33,407 nt of DNA from Coleofasciculus sp. B1-GNL1-01 (GTDB lineage Bacteria; Cyanobacteriota; Cyanobacteriia; Cyanobacteriales; Coleofasciculaceae), in assembly GCA_040220235.1 (NCBI GenBank), contig JAVJTO010000147.1. One strand, written 5' to 3'. The position numbers and the translations under genes are program-made. This document shows positions 20,451 to 31,063 of this stretch, piece by piece; positions within the stretch are counted from its first letter, which is position 1; every line of letters begins with the position of its first letter. The notes beneath the pieces were generated by a model, which worked only from the letters and a program-made list of their open reading frames with translations, made no database searches and was not told where the DNA came from.

Positions 20451-20680
20451 CCGCCAAGAACTCAAGTTCTTGGCTTATAGCTCAAGTCGTCTAAAGACGA
20501 CTGGAATTCTTTCGTGTAGGGGCGACCCGCTTGTACAAATCAACAACTATATCCATTCAATTAATTGACTCGGGTCGCCCTTTACTAATCCTTTCTTTGA
20601 AATGTTCTAGAATTCTGAGCGAGTCGTCTTTAGACGACTTTCGCGTTTGGTTCCTTGGGTTTGAACCCAAGGCGGTTTAA
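20451..20680. repeat. Composite palindromic element: inverted double-hairpin pair enclosing a GTAG REP
   Basis: 20451-20504 and 20622-20680 are inverted relatives; gtaggggcgacccg...cgggtcgccc lies at 20516-20580. Confidence 0.75.
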
Positions 20681-20696
20681 GGCGAGTGCTTTAGAT

Positions 20697-21002
20697 TTAA
20701 CTAACAAACAGATAATCCTCAGCAGGTTTGCCGTCTTCTAAGGCGTCGAGGATTTCGTCAATGGCTTCTTCATCAACATTGCCGTACCAGTAATTATCTG
20801 GATAAACCATCATCACAGGTCCGTTGTTGCACAGATTCATGCATCCCGTTGAGGAAACCAGAGCGTCTAAACCGCGATCGGTGATTTCTGATTCGAGATA
20901 CTGGATTAACGTTGTAGAATCCTTGTTCTGACAAACTCCTTTCGCGTTGCCATTGACTCGAAAGCTGGAACAAACGAAGATATGGTGTTCAGGTTTCTGC
21001 AT
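20697..21002 (-). CDS. Thioredoxin-like [2Fe-2S] ferredoxin
   Basis: HIFVC-x11-C...TGCMNLC..GP.M.VYP...WY; ATG at 21002 with an AGGGGG ribosome-binding site. Confidence 0.9.
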   Translation of the reverse strand: MQKPEHHIFVCSSFRVNGNAKGVCQNKDSTTLIQYLESEITDRGLDALVSSTGCMNLCNNGPVMMVYPDNYWYGNVDEEAIDEILDALEDGKPAEDYLFVS

Positions 21003-21140
21003 GATAAACCCCCTTAAAAAGGATGAAAAATTAAGGATGATTTTTGAGTTTTTTAGGACTAACTCCAACCTTGGATTTGGGGCGGATTTAGTCACATCAG
21101 GTGACACCAATTATCCGAATTAACCCGCCCCGATCGCGTT

Positions 21141-22517
21141 CTAGCGAACCAATTCAAACAGCTCATCGGGAGCATCCCGGTCGAGGCGTTCGAGTAAGGT
21201 GTTGCAAATATTAGATAGCAGGTAGATACCACCCCAGTAGCAAGCTGTGGGGAAGTAGCTGTGACCGACGCGATCTAAAATGGGGAAACCGAAGCGCACG
21301 ATCGGAATATCTTCATCACGACCGATATACTTGCCGTATTCATTGCCCAGAAGCAAATCGACTGGTTCATTCTTAATCAGTTGATGCAAGTAGAACAAGT
21401 CTGCATTAGCTGCAACCACAGCATCGGGAACGGTATCCTTGAGGATATCTTTGACCCGTTCTTCAAAGCGCTTACCAACCGGGCTACCCGTAATCACGTA
21501 AACTGGTAACATCCCGCAGTCTACGAGGAACTCAGTCGCAGAGATCACCTGGTCAGGGTCACCGTATACCGCAACCCGCTTGCGATACAGATACTGCTGC
21601 ATATCCGTCATCACATCAACCAACCGTCCTCGGTCATCATTGAGGGACTCAGGTGGCGTGACATCACTGAATTCAATCAAGGCTTGGACAAAGCGGTCAG
21701 TGGCGCGAAGACCAATGGGTAAGTCTAGGACACGAGCCGGAACTTGGCACTTGTTTTGTAGGGCTGTCGCGGCGGCTTCTGAGGTAAAATTACCCAAGGC
21801 TAAGGTGGCAGTGCTATTCCCGGTGTCGATTAAATCGGGAATCAGTGTCCCGCCTTTCGGGTACATCTGAAAATCACCGGTTTTCGGTGTATCCACCACA
21901 TCCGAGGTATCCGGGAATACAATCGCGTCAATCCCCATTTGGGTCACCAACTGCTTAACCGCCCGCACGTCGGAGGGTTCGACATAGCCCGGAATAATGT
22001 TGAGCTTGTTATTCGGCGTCTCGGTTTTTGCCGATAAATAGGTCACCATCGCCTTGGTCATATTCGACCAGCCGGTGACATGAGACCCGACGTAGCTGGG
22101 AGTATTGGCGTGAATGACATATTTGCCTTCGGGAACTGCCCCAGATTCACGGGATTGGCGGATAAATGTGGGTAAATCATCGCCAATGGTTTCCGATAAG
22201 CAAGTGGTACTTACCGCCACCATATCCGGGTTGTACACGGTAAAAATAGTGGTCAGAGCTTGCTTGAGGTTTGCACCACCGCCGAACACAGAGGAACCCT
22301 CAGTAAAGGCGCTGGTTGCCGCCATGATGGGTTCTCTGTAATGGCGGGTCAGGTGAGACTTGTGGAATGAACAGCAGCCTTGGGAACCGTGGGAGTTGGG
22401 CAAGCAGCCGTGAATCCCTAATGCGGCGTACATTGCACCAATAGGCTGACAGGTTTTAGCCGGGTTAATTCGTAGCGCCTTGCGTTCAACGATTTCTTTA
22501 GGGGTTGCTTCTAACAT
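21141..22517 (-). CDS. nifK: Nitrogenase MoFe protein beta chain (short N-terminus, cluster III type)
   Basis: INPAKTCQP, HGSQGC, TTCLSETIGDD, PSYVGSH; ATG at 22517 with an AAGGAG ribosome-binding site. Confidence 0.96.
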   Translation of the reverse strand: MLEATPKEIVERKALRINPAKTCQPIGAMYAALGIHGCLPNSHGSQGCCSFHKSHLTRHYREPIMAATSAFTEGSSVFGGGANLKQALTTIFTVYNPDMVAVSTTCLSETIGDDLPTFIRQSRESGAVPEGKYVIHANTPSYVGSHVTGWSNMTKAMVTYLSAKTETPNNKLNIIPGYVEPSDVRAVKQLVTQMGIDAIVFPDTSDVVDTPKTGDFQMYPKGGTLIPDLIDTGNSTATLALGNFTSEAAATALQNKCQVPARVLDLPIGLRATDRFVQALIEFSDVTPPESLNDDRGRLVDVMTDMQQYLYRKRVAVYGDPDQVISATEFLVDCGMLPVYVITGSPVGKRFEERVKDILKDTVPDAVVAANADLFYLHQLIKNEPVDLLLGNEYGKYIGRDEDIPIVRFGFPILDRVGHSYFPTACYWGGIYLLSNICNTLLERLDRDAPDELFELVR

Positions 22518-22673
22518 GATTCTGGTTCTCCTTTGTGGGTTTAAGTCTGTAGGGGCGGGTTTCACTATTAACGTTGCTTGTTCAACCTAGATGTGACTAA
22601 ACCCGCCCTGCTCGCAAGAATTAACGGATAACTTTTTTGCTCTCAGACGCGCCATGGCGCGTCTCTACATTGG

Positions 22674-24293
22674 CTAGTTCTGCCAGGGAGCTTTAACTAA
22701 CTTCCAAGTGGGGTTGTTAATCCGCATATCGATATCTTTGGCAAAATTAACCGCACCTTGGAATCCGGCAAACGGACCACCGTAGTCGTAGTTGTGAAGT
22801 TGCTTACAAGGAACGCCAAACTTCTCAATCACATACTTGTCCTTAATCCCGGAACCGACGATATCGGGCTTGAGGCGCTTAATCAGAGTTTCTAGCTCAT
22901 GATGGGAGATGTCATCAATCATCAACGTGTCTTCACCCATCTCCGAAATCATCCCCTCGTACCGATTCAGGAACCCTTCTTCTTTAAGCTGCTCCACCCA
23001 TGCTGGGTCAGCAGTTAGTTTGTAGCGCTCTGGGTCTTTTTCGACACGCAACTCTTCGACGTTACGGGAGTCGGCGTCTACTTTCAACGGTAGAACTTGA
23101 CGACCTTCGTAGTCATCCCGGTGAGCGAACTCATAGCCAGCAGCAATGGTTTTGATGCCTAAGTCTGCAAACAAGTCTTGGTAGTGATGAGCGCGAGAAC
23201 CGCCCACAAACAGAATCGCACTCTTGCCTTGCAACCGTTCTCGAATCGGGGCAATTTCCGCTTCTGCGGCAGCCACTTCTTCAGCAATCACCTCTTCAAT
23301 GCGCTGGGTAAGTGCCTCATCATTAAAGAATCGGGCAACCTTACGCAAGGACTTGGCAAACGCTTGAACGCCGATGAAGCTGACCTTTGTCCAGGGAACC
23401 CCAAACTTGGTCTCCATCATCTCCGCCATGTAGTTAATTGAGCGGTGACACATGACCAAGTTCAACTTAGCTAAATGGGCTTTCGTCGCTGCATCGTAAG
23501 TGCCATCACCACTGAATGTAGCAATCACATTAATTCCACACTTCTCAAGCACCCGCTCAATTTCATAGGAATCGCCGCCAATGTTGTACTCACCCAAAAG
23601 GTTGACGGTGAAGCCTTCAATTTCTTCGTCTGTTGCTTCGCCTTCACCCACCCAATTTTTAAAGAAGCCATTGTTGGCAATGTGGTGACCCGCAGACTGG
23701 GAAACGCCTTTGTATCCTTCGCAGTTAAATGCAACAACCGAAATGCCCAACTTTTCTGTCATCTCTTTGGCAACGGTTTGAATATCGTCACCAATTAACC
23801 CCACGGGACAAGTTGCCGTCACCGTAATCGCATTGGGCTTGAAGATGTCGTAACCTTCCTGAATTGCCTGACGCAGCTTTTTCACACCGCCGAAGACAAT
23901 ATCAGAGTCCTGCATATCAGTGGTGACACAGTAGCTCATGTAATTCTTGCCATCTTCACGGCTACGATACTGGTTGCGTCGCGTCATCCAGGTGTAGTAA
24001 GAACAGCCCACTGGTCCGTGAACAATGTGCAGCACGTCACCAAAGGGACCAACAACCACCCCTTTACAGCCAGCAAAGGCACAGTGTCTGGTGTTGAGAA
24101 TGCCAGGAACGGTTCGCACATTCGCCTGAATTTCCTGTCCTTCGATGGACGGGTCCCGCATCACGATATGCTTTGCCCGTTTTCTGGCAACTTTGGCTGG
24201 GTAGGGCGATACCATCTCTTTGGTAACGTCTTTCGGGTCTACTTCATACGTCGCCTTTTCTAATTTCAAGGTATCTGAATCATGGGGACTCAT
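22674..24293 (-). CDS. nifD: Nitrogenase MoFe protein alpha chain (with the group II internal insertion)
   Basis: P-cluster Cys motifs, MCHRSINY, GGSRAHH, QLHNYDY; about 50-aa insert after HRDDYEGR. Confidence 0.96.
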   Translation of the reverse strand: MSPHDSDTLKLEKATYEVDPKDVTKEMVSPYPAKVARKRAKHIVMRDPSIEGQEIQANVRTVPGILNTRHCAFAGCKGVVVGPFGDVLHIVHGPVGCSYYTWMTRRNQYRSREDGKNYMSYCVTTDMQDSDIVFGGVKKLRQAIQEGYDIFKPNAITVTATCPVGLIGDDIQTVAKEMTEKLGISVVAFNCEGYKGVSQSAGHHIANNGFFKNWVGEGEATDEEIEGFTVNLLGEYNIGGDSYEIERVLEKCGINVIATFSGDGTYDAATKAHLAKLNLVMCHRSINYMAEMMETKFGVPWTKVSFIGVQAFAKSLRKVARFFNDEALTQRIEEVIAEEVAAAEAEIAPIRERLQGKSAILFVGGSRAHHYQDLFADLGIKTIAAGYEFAHRDDYEGRQVLPLKVDADSRNVEELRVEKDPERYKLTADPAWVEQLKEEGFLNRYEGMISEMGEDTLMIDDISHHELETLIKRLKPDIVGSGIKDKYVIEKFGVPCKQLHNYDYGGPFAGFQGAVNFAKDIDMRINNPTWKLVKAPWQN

Positions 24294-24404
24294 AATCGTT
24301 TTCTCCTGTCTTAATTACTTTCCTAGAAGGGCGGATTTAGTCAAGTTATCGATGTGTACCAAACTGTTATCTGTAAACCCGCCCCTACATTTCGCTGGGA
24401 AACC

Positions 24405-24800
24405 TTAACCCGCCATTTCATCAATCGCGACGGCTCCTGTTTCGCCGCTGCTAACGCGGACACTATCCTCAACGGGCAGAACAAAGATTTTTCCATCTCC
24501 TGGGTTGCTGGTCTGATTGGTTTGAATCAGGGCATCAACCACTTGCTGAACGTTGTCATCGGGAACCACCAAACTGAGCATACGTTTAGGGATTAAACGG
24601 TGTCCTTGAGCCAGAAGGGGCAGCAAATCACTGCTATCTTGGGGATTTTCATTAATCGCTTTCGCTAACTGAAAGTCCACGGCTTGCCTGCCTCGACCGA
24701 CTACTTTCACCGCTGTCACGGATGGAAAACCAGCTTTGCTTAATGCTGCTTTCGTCTGGTTAATTTTGTTCATCCTGATGACAGCCAGAACTTCTTTCAT
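24405..24800 (-). CDS. nifI2: PII-family nitrogenase regulator NifI2
   Basis: MKEVLAVIRMNK, GRGR, PKRM, GDGKIFV; second PII gene between nifH and nifD. Confidence 0.9.
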   Translation of the reverse strand: MKEVLAVIRMNKINQTKAALSKAGFPSVTAVKVVGRGRQAVDFQLAKAINENPQDSSDLLPLLAQGHRLIPKRMLSLVVPDDNVQQVVDALIQTNQTSNPGDGKIFVLPVEDSVRVSSGETGAVAIDEMAG

Positions 24801-24853
24801 AACCTTAAACACAGAGATTTACTCTCGCGCCTCCTAACATAAACCGGGGAGTT

Positions 24854-24890
24854 TTCTTGTAGAAACCGTTATTCGCGATTTCTACAAGAA
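24854..24890. repeat. 12-bp perfect inverted repeat between nifI1 and nifI2
   Basis: ttcttgtagaaa ... tttctacaagaa. Confidence 0.7.
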
Positions 24891-24916
24891 CAACGGATAC
24901 AAAATGGGTCTCATTT

Positions 24917-25276
24917 TTAGCGCGTAGCCAGCGCAGGTTCTTTCGTCTTTGAATCGGCTTTACCGGAGCTGATGGTGTAGACTTCTTCTACAGGACTGAC
25001 AAATATCTTGCCGTCTCCTGCTGCTCCTTCTGTTCCCGTGCGAGCGCTGCCCAGGATTGCCCGAATCACAAACTCTTTTTCGGTATCGGGAACCACTACC
25101 ATTAACAACGCTTTTGGGAGTTCATCATAAAGCACATTACCAATTTTCAATCCCCGTTGTTTGCCTCGACCAAAGACATCAACTTTGGTAACGGCTGGAT
25201 AACCAGCATCTAAGAGCGCTTTCATAACATCGTCGCTCTTTTCCGGTCGAATAATCGCTCTCACCATGATAGTCAT
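24917..25276 (-). CDS. nifI1: PII-family nitrogenase regulator NifI1
   Basis: RAIIRPEK, GRGKQRG, YDELPK, GDGKIFVSPVEE. Confidence 0.92.
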   Translation of the reverse strand: MTIMVRAIIRPEKSDDVMKALLDAGYPAVTKVDVFGRGKQRGLKIGNVLYDELPKALLMVVVPDTEKEFVIRAILGSARTGTEGAAGDGKIFVSPVEEVYTISSGKADSKTKEPALATR

Positions 25277-25314
25277 GGGATGTTGCCTCCAAACAATTGT
25301 GCTTGTATTTCAGC

Positions 25315-25349
25315 GGTGGAAGGTATGGAACGTTTTCTAACCTTCCACC
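25315..25349 (-). other. Stem-loop immediately 3' of nifH (possible mRNA-stabilising or attenuating hairpin)
   Basis: ggtggaaggt ... accttccacc, 10-bp perfect stem. Confidence 0.55.
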
Positions 25350-25366
25350 TGCAACACACTGCATCT

Positions 25367-26203
<837 letters not shown>

Positions 26204-26354
26204 TTAGGATCAATTTTTTGAGGTTACATCATTAACAGTTAATTGAAGTTGATTCGGAGAATTTTTGTATATTCAACCATCCGAAAGCTTCAAATCAATC
26301 AAGAAACAAGTGAGCGTTTATCCTGGTAACGTTTTTTGTTTTCCTGATGATTTA

Positions 26355-26396
26355 ATAATAGGAACTAAATCCAGACATAAAAGTGTAACTTGCTAC
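26355..26396 (-). promoter_or_regulatory. Putative NtcA-activated promoter of nifH
   Basis: Minus strand GTA-GCAAGTTA-CAC (26396-26383), 22 nt, TATTAT (26360-26355). Confidence 0.6.
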
Positions 26397-26609
26397 AAAA
26401 ACAGAACTTTATCGATTTAGTTTTAACTCGGTATTTTGCTGTTTGTAACAAAAATAATGTGTTTCTATATAAACAATATAACCATTGCCAAACCTAGAAG
26501 AATCAAATCTTTAGTTATTATTAAAAGTGACAGAAATCACTGCTTTCTATTTGTGCTATTCAAATAAAAAAATAATTATTTTTCGAGTTTATTAGACCTG
26601 TTATAAGTC

Positions 26610-26640
26610 AAAAAAACACCCTTGGCGATTCACCAAGGGT
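26610..26640 (-). terminator. Intrinsic terminator after nifU
   Basis: Minus strand acccttgg-tgaatcg-ccaagggt followed by gttttttt. Confidence 0.7.
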
Positions 26641-26709
26641 TACCTATACAACGGAGTTACGTTAAAACTTGTTCAATCAGAAACTGAAGTCAAAATTTGC
26701 ACATTAAAC

Positions 26710-27657
26710 TTAAACTACGGCTTCAACAATAAGATTAGGAGACACTCGTTCTTGCAGCCGCTTTTCGATCGCCATCTTCAGGGTAATCATCACGCTGGGA
26801 CAACCATCACACGATCCTTTGAGAATCACCTTGACGCGATCGCCCTCTACGTCATGCAACTCCACATCGCCGCCATCATAGGCTAATGTGGGACGGATTT
26901 CCGTTTCCAGAACCTGCTGAATCAAGGTAATTTTTTGCAAGTTCGTCAGGGTAGCAGGAGGTGGCGATGTCTCCTCTTTGATCGGGGAAGTCGATGGAGT
27001 CGTTGTAGCGACGGCGGGTTGAGGAATCGGTGCGGACAACGACGCGGCGGTATTTAATGTCTCTTGTTCTTGAGTAACATCAATCACCAGATCATCGATA
27101 TCTGCCAAACATGATCCACACCCGCCACCCGCTTTAATGTAGTTGGTGACTTCTTCAGCGTTAGTGAGGTGATTTTCCCGAATCAGTCGCTTAATCTTAG
27201 CGGAACTAACCCCAAAGCAACTACACACCAAGGGACTTTCGTCCTCTTCCTCCGGTCTAACCGGAATCCCTTTATAATCAGAGATTGCCGCTTCTAGGGC
27301 TTCTTGACCCATAACCGAACAGTGCATCTTCTCTTGAGGTAAGCCGCCCAAATAGCTAGCAATCTCGCGATTCGTCAGTTGCAACGCATCATCAACCGTC
27401 ATCCCCTTAATCAGATCCGTCAGCGCCGAGGAAGACGCGATCGCACTCGCACAGCCAAAGGTTTGAAAACGGGCATCCAGAATGGTATCAGTTGTGCTAT
27501 CAATCCTCAGATACAAGCGCAACGCATCGCCACAAACAATACTGCCAATTTCGCCAACCGCGATCGTTTCCGTCGTCGCACAATCTTGAGTTGCGATCGC
27601 GCCCATATTGTGAGGATTATGAAACAAATCCATTACTTTGTCAGTGTAGTCCCACAT
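26710..27657 (-). CDS. nifU: Fe-S cluster scaffold NifU (cyanobacterial type)
   Basis: MWDYTDKV, CGDAL, FGCASA, KMHCSVMG, CSCF..GGGCGSC; C-terminal DGGD..GSCDGC. Confidence 0.96.
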   Translation of the reverse strand: MWDYTDKVMDLFHNPHNMGAIATQDCATTETIAVGEIGSIVCGDALRLYLRIDSTTDTILDARFQTFGCASAIASSSALTDLIKGMTVDDALQLTNREIASYLGGLPQEKMHCSVMGQEALEAAISDYKGIPVRPEEEDESPLVCSCFGVSSAKIKRLIRENHLTNAEEVTNYIKAGGGCGSCLADIDDLVIDVTQEQETLNTAASLSAPIPQPAVATTTPSTSPIKEETSPPPATLTNLQKITLIQQVLETEIRPTLAYDGGDVELHDVEGDRVKVILKGSCDGCPSVMITLKMAIEKRLQERVSPNLIVEAVV

Positions 27658-27788
27658 GGCTTATTCTCCCGTTATTTGTCATTCGTCATTTGTTAGGGAA
27701 CAAGGAATAGGTAAGGTAGAGTTTTGAGTTAACGTCCTCATCTCCCTTATCTCCCAGACGTAGCATGCTACGTCTCTACAAACCCTGT

Positions 27789-29018
27789 TCATTTCACTGT
27801 CTCCATAACCCCTCTCCCCTTTTGCTCCCTGGCTGTTTGCAGCCAACCGTGTTCTTCGTCGGCTTCATTCTTGAAGGGGGAAATCGTTCGCAAGCGTTCT
27901 ACAATTGCTGGCATTACTTCCAACACCCGATCGATTTCGGCTGAGGTGGTATATCGGGACAAACTAAAGCGAATCGAACCATGAAGCAGGGTGTAAGGGA
28001 GTCCCATCGCCCGCAGCACATGAGAGGGTTCTAATGATCCAGACGTGCAAGCCGAACCCGACGAGGCGCAAATTCCAAACCGATCTAGGGACAGTAAAAT
28101 GGCTTCGCCTTCGATATACTTAAAGCCAATATTCGTCGTATTCGGTAGCCGCATCGAGGGATGACCATTTAGCTGACAATCGGGAATCCGACTCAGTAAC
28201 CCTTGTTCCAAGCGATCGCGTAATTCCTTCACCTGGGTAACTTCTTCGCTGACATGCTGGATTGCCAATTCTGCGGCTTTCCCTAAGCCAATAATCGCGG
28301 GAACATTCGACGTACCTCCTCGACGCCCTCGTTCTTGATGTCCACCAATTAACAGGGGACGAAAGCGCACACCTTTGCGAACATAAAGTACCCCAATCCC
28401 CTTAGGTGCATGAAGTTTATGACCGGAGAGAACCAAGAAATCAACCGTACTCTCGCTCATATTCAAGGGAACTTTCCCCACCGCCTGCACCGCATCAACG
28501 TGGAACAAAATGCCCCGTTGTTTAACAATTTGCCCAATCCGTTCAATCGGGAAAATCGTCCCCGTTTCATTATTGGCGCACATCACTGAAACTAAAGCCG
28601 TGTCGTCGGTGAGAGAGGCTTTCAATTCCTTGAGATCAATCAATCCTTTGCCATTAACGGGGAGATACGTCACCCGATAGCCTTCTTTTTCCAGTCGTTT
28701 GCAAAGTGTGTAAACTGCTGGATGTTCCACCGCTGTGGTAACAATGTGCTTCTTGTCCGGTTGGGTGATCAACGCCGCACGAATCGCCGCATTGTCTCCT
28801 TCCGTACCGCAACTGGTAAAGATAATTTCTGTCGGTTGAGCGCCCAATAATGCCGCAACTTTTTCTCGTGCTTGCTCTATATTGCGGGCTAATTGTCCAC
28901 CAAACGTGTGCATGCTGGAGGGATTTCCATAATATTCACTCAGATAAGGCAGCATCTCCTCCAGCACAGCCTCGTCTACACGGGTGGTGGCATTATTATC
29001 CAGATAAATTACACTCAT
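27789..29018 (-). CDS. nifS: Cysteine desulfurase NifS
   Basis: YLDNNATT, SGHKLH, SSGSACTSGSLEPSHVL. Confidence 0.96.
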   Translation of the reverse strand: MSVIYLDNNATTRVDEAVLEEMLPYLSEYYGNPSSMHTFGGQLARNIEQAREKVAALLGAQPTEIIFTSCGTEGDNAAIRAALITQPDKKHIVTTAVEHPAVYTLCKRLEKEGYRVTYLPVNGKGLIDLKELKASLTDDTALVSVMCANNETGTIFPIERIGQIVKQRGILFHVDAVQAVGKVPLNMSESTVDFLVLSGHKLHAPKGIGVLYVRKGVRFRPLLIGGHQERGRRGGTSNVPAIIGLGKAAELAIQHVSEEVTQVKELRDRLEQGLLSRIPDCQLNGHPSMRLPNTTNIGFKYIEGEAILLSLDRFGICASSGSACTSGSLEPSHVLRAMGLPYTLLHGSIRFSLSRYTTSAEIDRVLEVMPAIVERLRTISPFKNEADEEHGWLQTAREQKGRGVMETVK

Positions 29019-29171
29019 AGGTCTACCTATAGAACATCAGTCTCGGAATCGAACTCGATGCTAAAATTCCTGTAAAATCGTAACCAAAGATACAAAATAC
29101 TCCATGTTTGAATCAGGGCGGATTGAGTGAAGGGATTGATGGTTGTCAAACTTTATTGGTAAAACCCGCCC

Positions 29172-29642
29172 CTAGACCCTTTGATATTGCTCGTAGAAAT
29201 CCAGCACTACATTTTCAATCACATCGTAGGCTTCAACGCACTCAATTCCCTGCGCTTGCAATTGTTCCTTGGGACAAGCACCAATCTTAGAAACGAGAAC
29301 AGCTTGGCAATCTGAAAGCGTTTGCAGAATATTGTCGAGTACATCGGCTTCGCCATACCCGCCTTGGCAATAGGGAGTTACGGAACGCCGCTCAATACAA
29401 TGGGCTTCATCGTGATCAACGTCGTAAATCTCGAATTCTTTAGCATGACCGAAATGTTGATTAACCAAGCCACCGCCTTTACTGGCGACAGCAACGCGGA
29501 TTTTAGTCCGATTGGCGACAGAGGATGTATTTTCAGTTCGAGTCGCATTCAGGAATTCTTTAAACGGCTCTTTACCCGTTTGTCGTTCCTGATGTCGTTT
29601 CAAGTCGTATTCAGATTTCATCTTCAGACTGTTGGTGTTCAT
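29172..29642 (-). CDS. nifB: Truncated cyanobacterial nifB: linker plus C-terminal NifX-like domain only
   Basis: VAVASKGGGLVNQHFGHAKEF, YCQGGYGE, KIGACP and EAYDVIE match the cyanobacterial NifB C-terminus. No radical SAM domain. ATG at 29642 with AGAAGGA; canonical position upstream of nifS. Confidence 0.8.
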   Translation of the reverse strand: MNTNSLKMKSEYDLKRHQERQTGKEPFKEFLNATRTENTSSVANRTKIRVAVASKGGGLVNQHFGHAKEFEIYDVDHDEAHCIERRSVTPYCQGGYGEADVLDNILQTLSDCQAVLVSKIGACPKEQLQAQGIECVEAYDVIENVVLDFYEQYQRV

Positions 29643-30033
29643 AACATCCTTCTCCGGTGTCCCCGAATCGCCTAATCGTCTGGGCGTAGCCAATCCAGTA
29701 ACTGTTAACGGTTTGAGTCGTGGGCTTTCGGCATTGTCTGAATTAAAAGATAAATGCACCCTTAACACCCAACGCCAATACTTAAACAGTTAAGTATGAA
29801 GGAGTTGATTGAGCATCCTTCATACTTGAATTCCGGCGATAGTTGTTTTTATAGCAGCTCGGTTGAAAAAGGGTATTCTGTTCGCCTGGGGTTAAGACTT
29901 ATTAGATTAATTGGTTATGCACTCATCACCCTAAAGTCTGATTACAGAGGCATTTCAAATTTATTTTGGGGTAGGGGTTCTAGTATTTTCGGGATGGGGT
30001 GCAAGTATTTATGGGGTGGGGCGTTAGAGTTTT

Positions 30034-30115
30034 TGTACTCACGCTCAAAGTCTATTGTAGTGAGGGATTGAGCTAATTTTATTCGGAGCTTTTACTGAGT
30101 ACAGATTTGTACTCA
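30034..30115. promoter_or_regulatory. TGAGTACA boxes (putative CnfR/PatB sites) upstream of nifB'
   Basis: TGTACTCA at 30034-30041; palindrome TGAGTACA-gatt-TGTACTCA at 30096-30115. Confidence 0.65.
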
Positions 30116-30231
30116 AAATGCTTATCGGTTAAATCTAACGTTTTACCTTGAATGGCATTTCTGTATCTAAATTAGCATTTTTTTGCGGAGTCTGCATTTC
30201 TATCGATTTTTTTTAGATTTCCCCGATTGGT

Positions 30232-30660
30232 GTAGGTTGGGTTGAGGAACAGGGGTTGTAGAGACGTGCCATGGGGCGTCTGGGAGATGGAGAAAATGTA
30301 GGGGCGGGTTTTACCATTAACATTTGGTTTTCACCCTGATGTCACTAAACCTGCCCCAACGGATTAAGCTGTCATGCATTTAAATTGGGAATGGGTAGCG
30401 AGCAAGATGCTCAATGTAGCGAGCAAGATGCTCAATGTAGCGAGCAAGATGCAAAGCCTGCGGCATGGCTTCGCTAAACGCACTACGGCAAGCCCTTATT
30501 GATATTAAGGTTTTAAAAATAACCCCCCTTAATCCCCCCTTGCTAAGGGGGGAAACGTTCCCTCCCCTTACGAAGGGGAGGGTTAGGGAGGGGTCGCATC
30601 AAGGTATTGCGTTCTGGCAAGAGCTTAAGTTGACACGGATTGGCATTGCCGTGTCCCTAC
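30232..30660. repeat. Mosaic of REP-like palindromes, a partial MITE with 21-bp tandem repeats and CCCCCTT..AAGGGG hairpins
   Basis: GTAG elements at about 30232, 30258 and 30298; MITE 30365-30516; hairpins about 30523-30593. Confidence 0.75.
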
Positions 30661-30679
30661 TATATGTGATGTGGCGTTT

Positions 30680-31063
30680 TTACTTAACTGGCGTATAATT
30701 CCAGCCATAAATGCGGTAACGTTCTGAAGCTGGAAAAACAGGATCATTGTTAACCGTGGTAATGCTCAATTGATTACCCTGCTCGTCTTGAAAGATAAAC
30801 TTACAAAAACCCAAACCCGTTCCAGAGCAGGCTTCTATCTCGTGCCATCCCTCGACCTGGTGTATATGATTCCTGAGTGTTTCAAATTCATTTTCCAGCT
30901 CAAACGTGGCAGGTTGCCATCCTATCTCGATGAGTTCTTGTCTTAAAGCCCGATAGGACTGATTCTGATTAATGTGGGGTAATGGTAATCCCAAGGCTTT
31001 CTGTACTGATAAGAGTGATGTTGAGAAACTTAACGCATATATTAAAAACTTCCTCATCTTCAA
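30680..31063 (-). CDS. Hypothetical secreted protein
   Basis: Signal-peptide-like N-terminus; Y..LRQ.LI..GWQP and EACSGTGLGFC.F motifs. Confidence 0.7.
   Translation of the reverse strand: MKMRKFLIYALSFSTSLLSVQKALGLPLPHINQNQSYRALRQELIEIGWQPATFELENEFETLRNHIHQVEGWHEIEACSGTGLGFCKFIFQDEQGNQLSITTVNNDPVFPASERYRIYGWNYTPVK

Noticed and set aside
20373..22565. Long N-terminal extensions of NifE, ferredoxin and NifK in the ORF track
   Set aside because: The extensions run through repeats or intergenic DNA; downstream ATGs match family starts.
21141..24293. Alternative (V or Fe-only) nitrogenase
   Set aside because: No vnfG/anfG between D and K; nifEN and Mo uptake genes are present; CHRS and HxYDY motifs fit Mo-type group II.
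29019..29171. fdxN remnant between nifB' and nifS
   Set aside because: No Cys motifs or convincing similarity; part of the interval is a REP.
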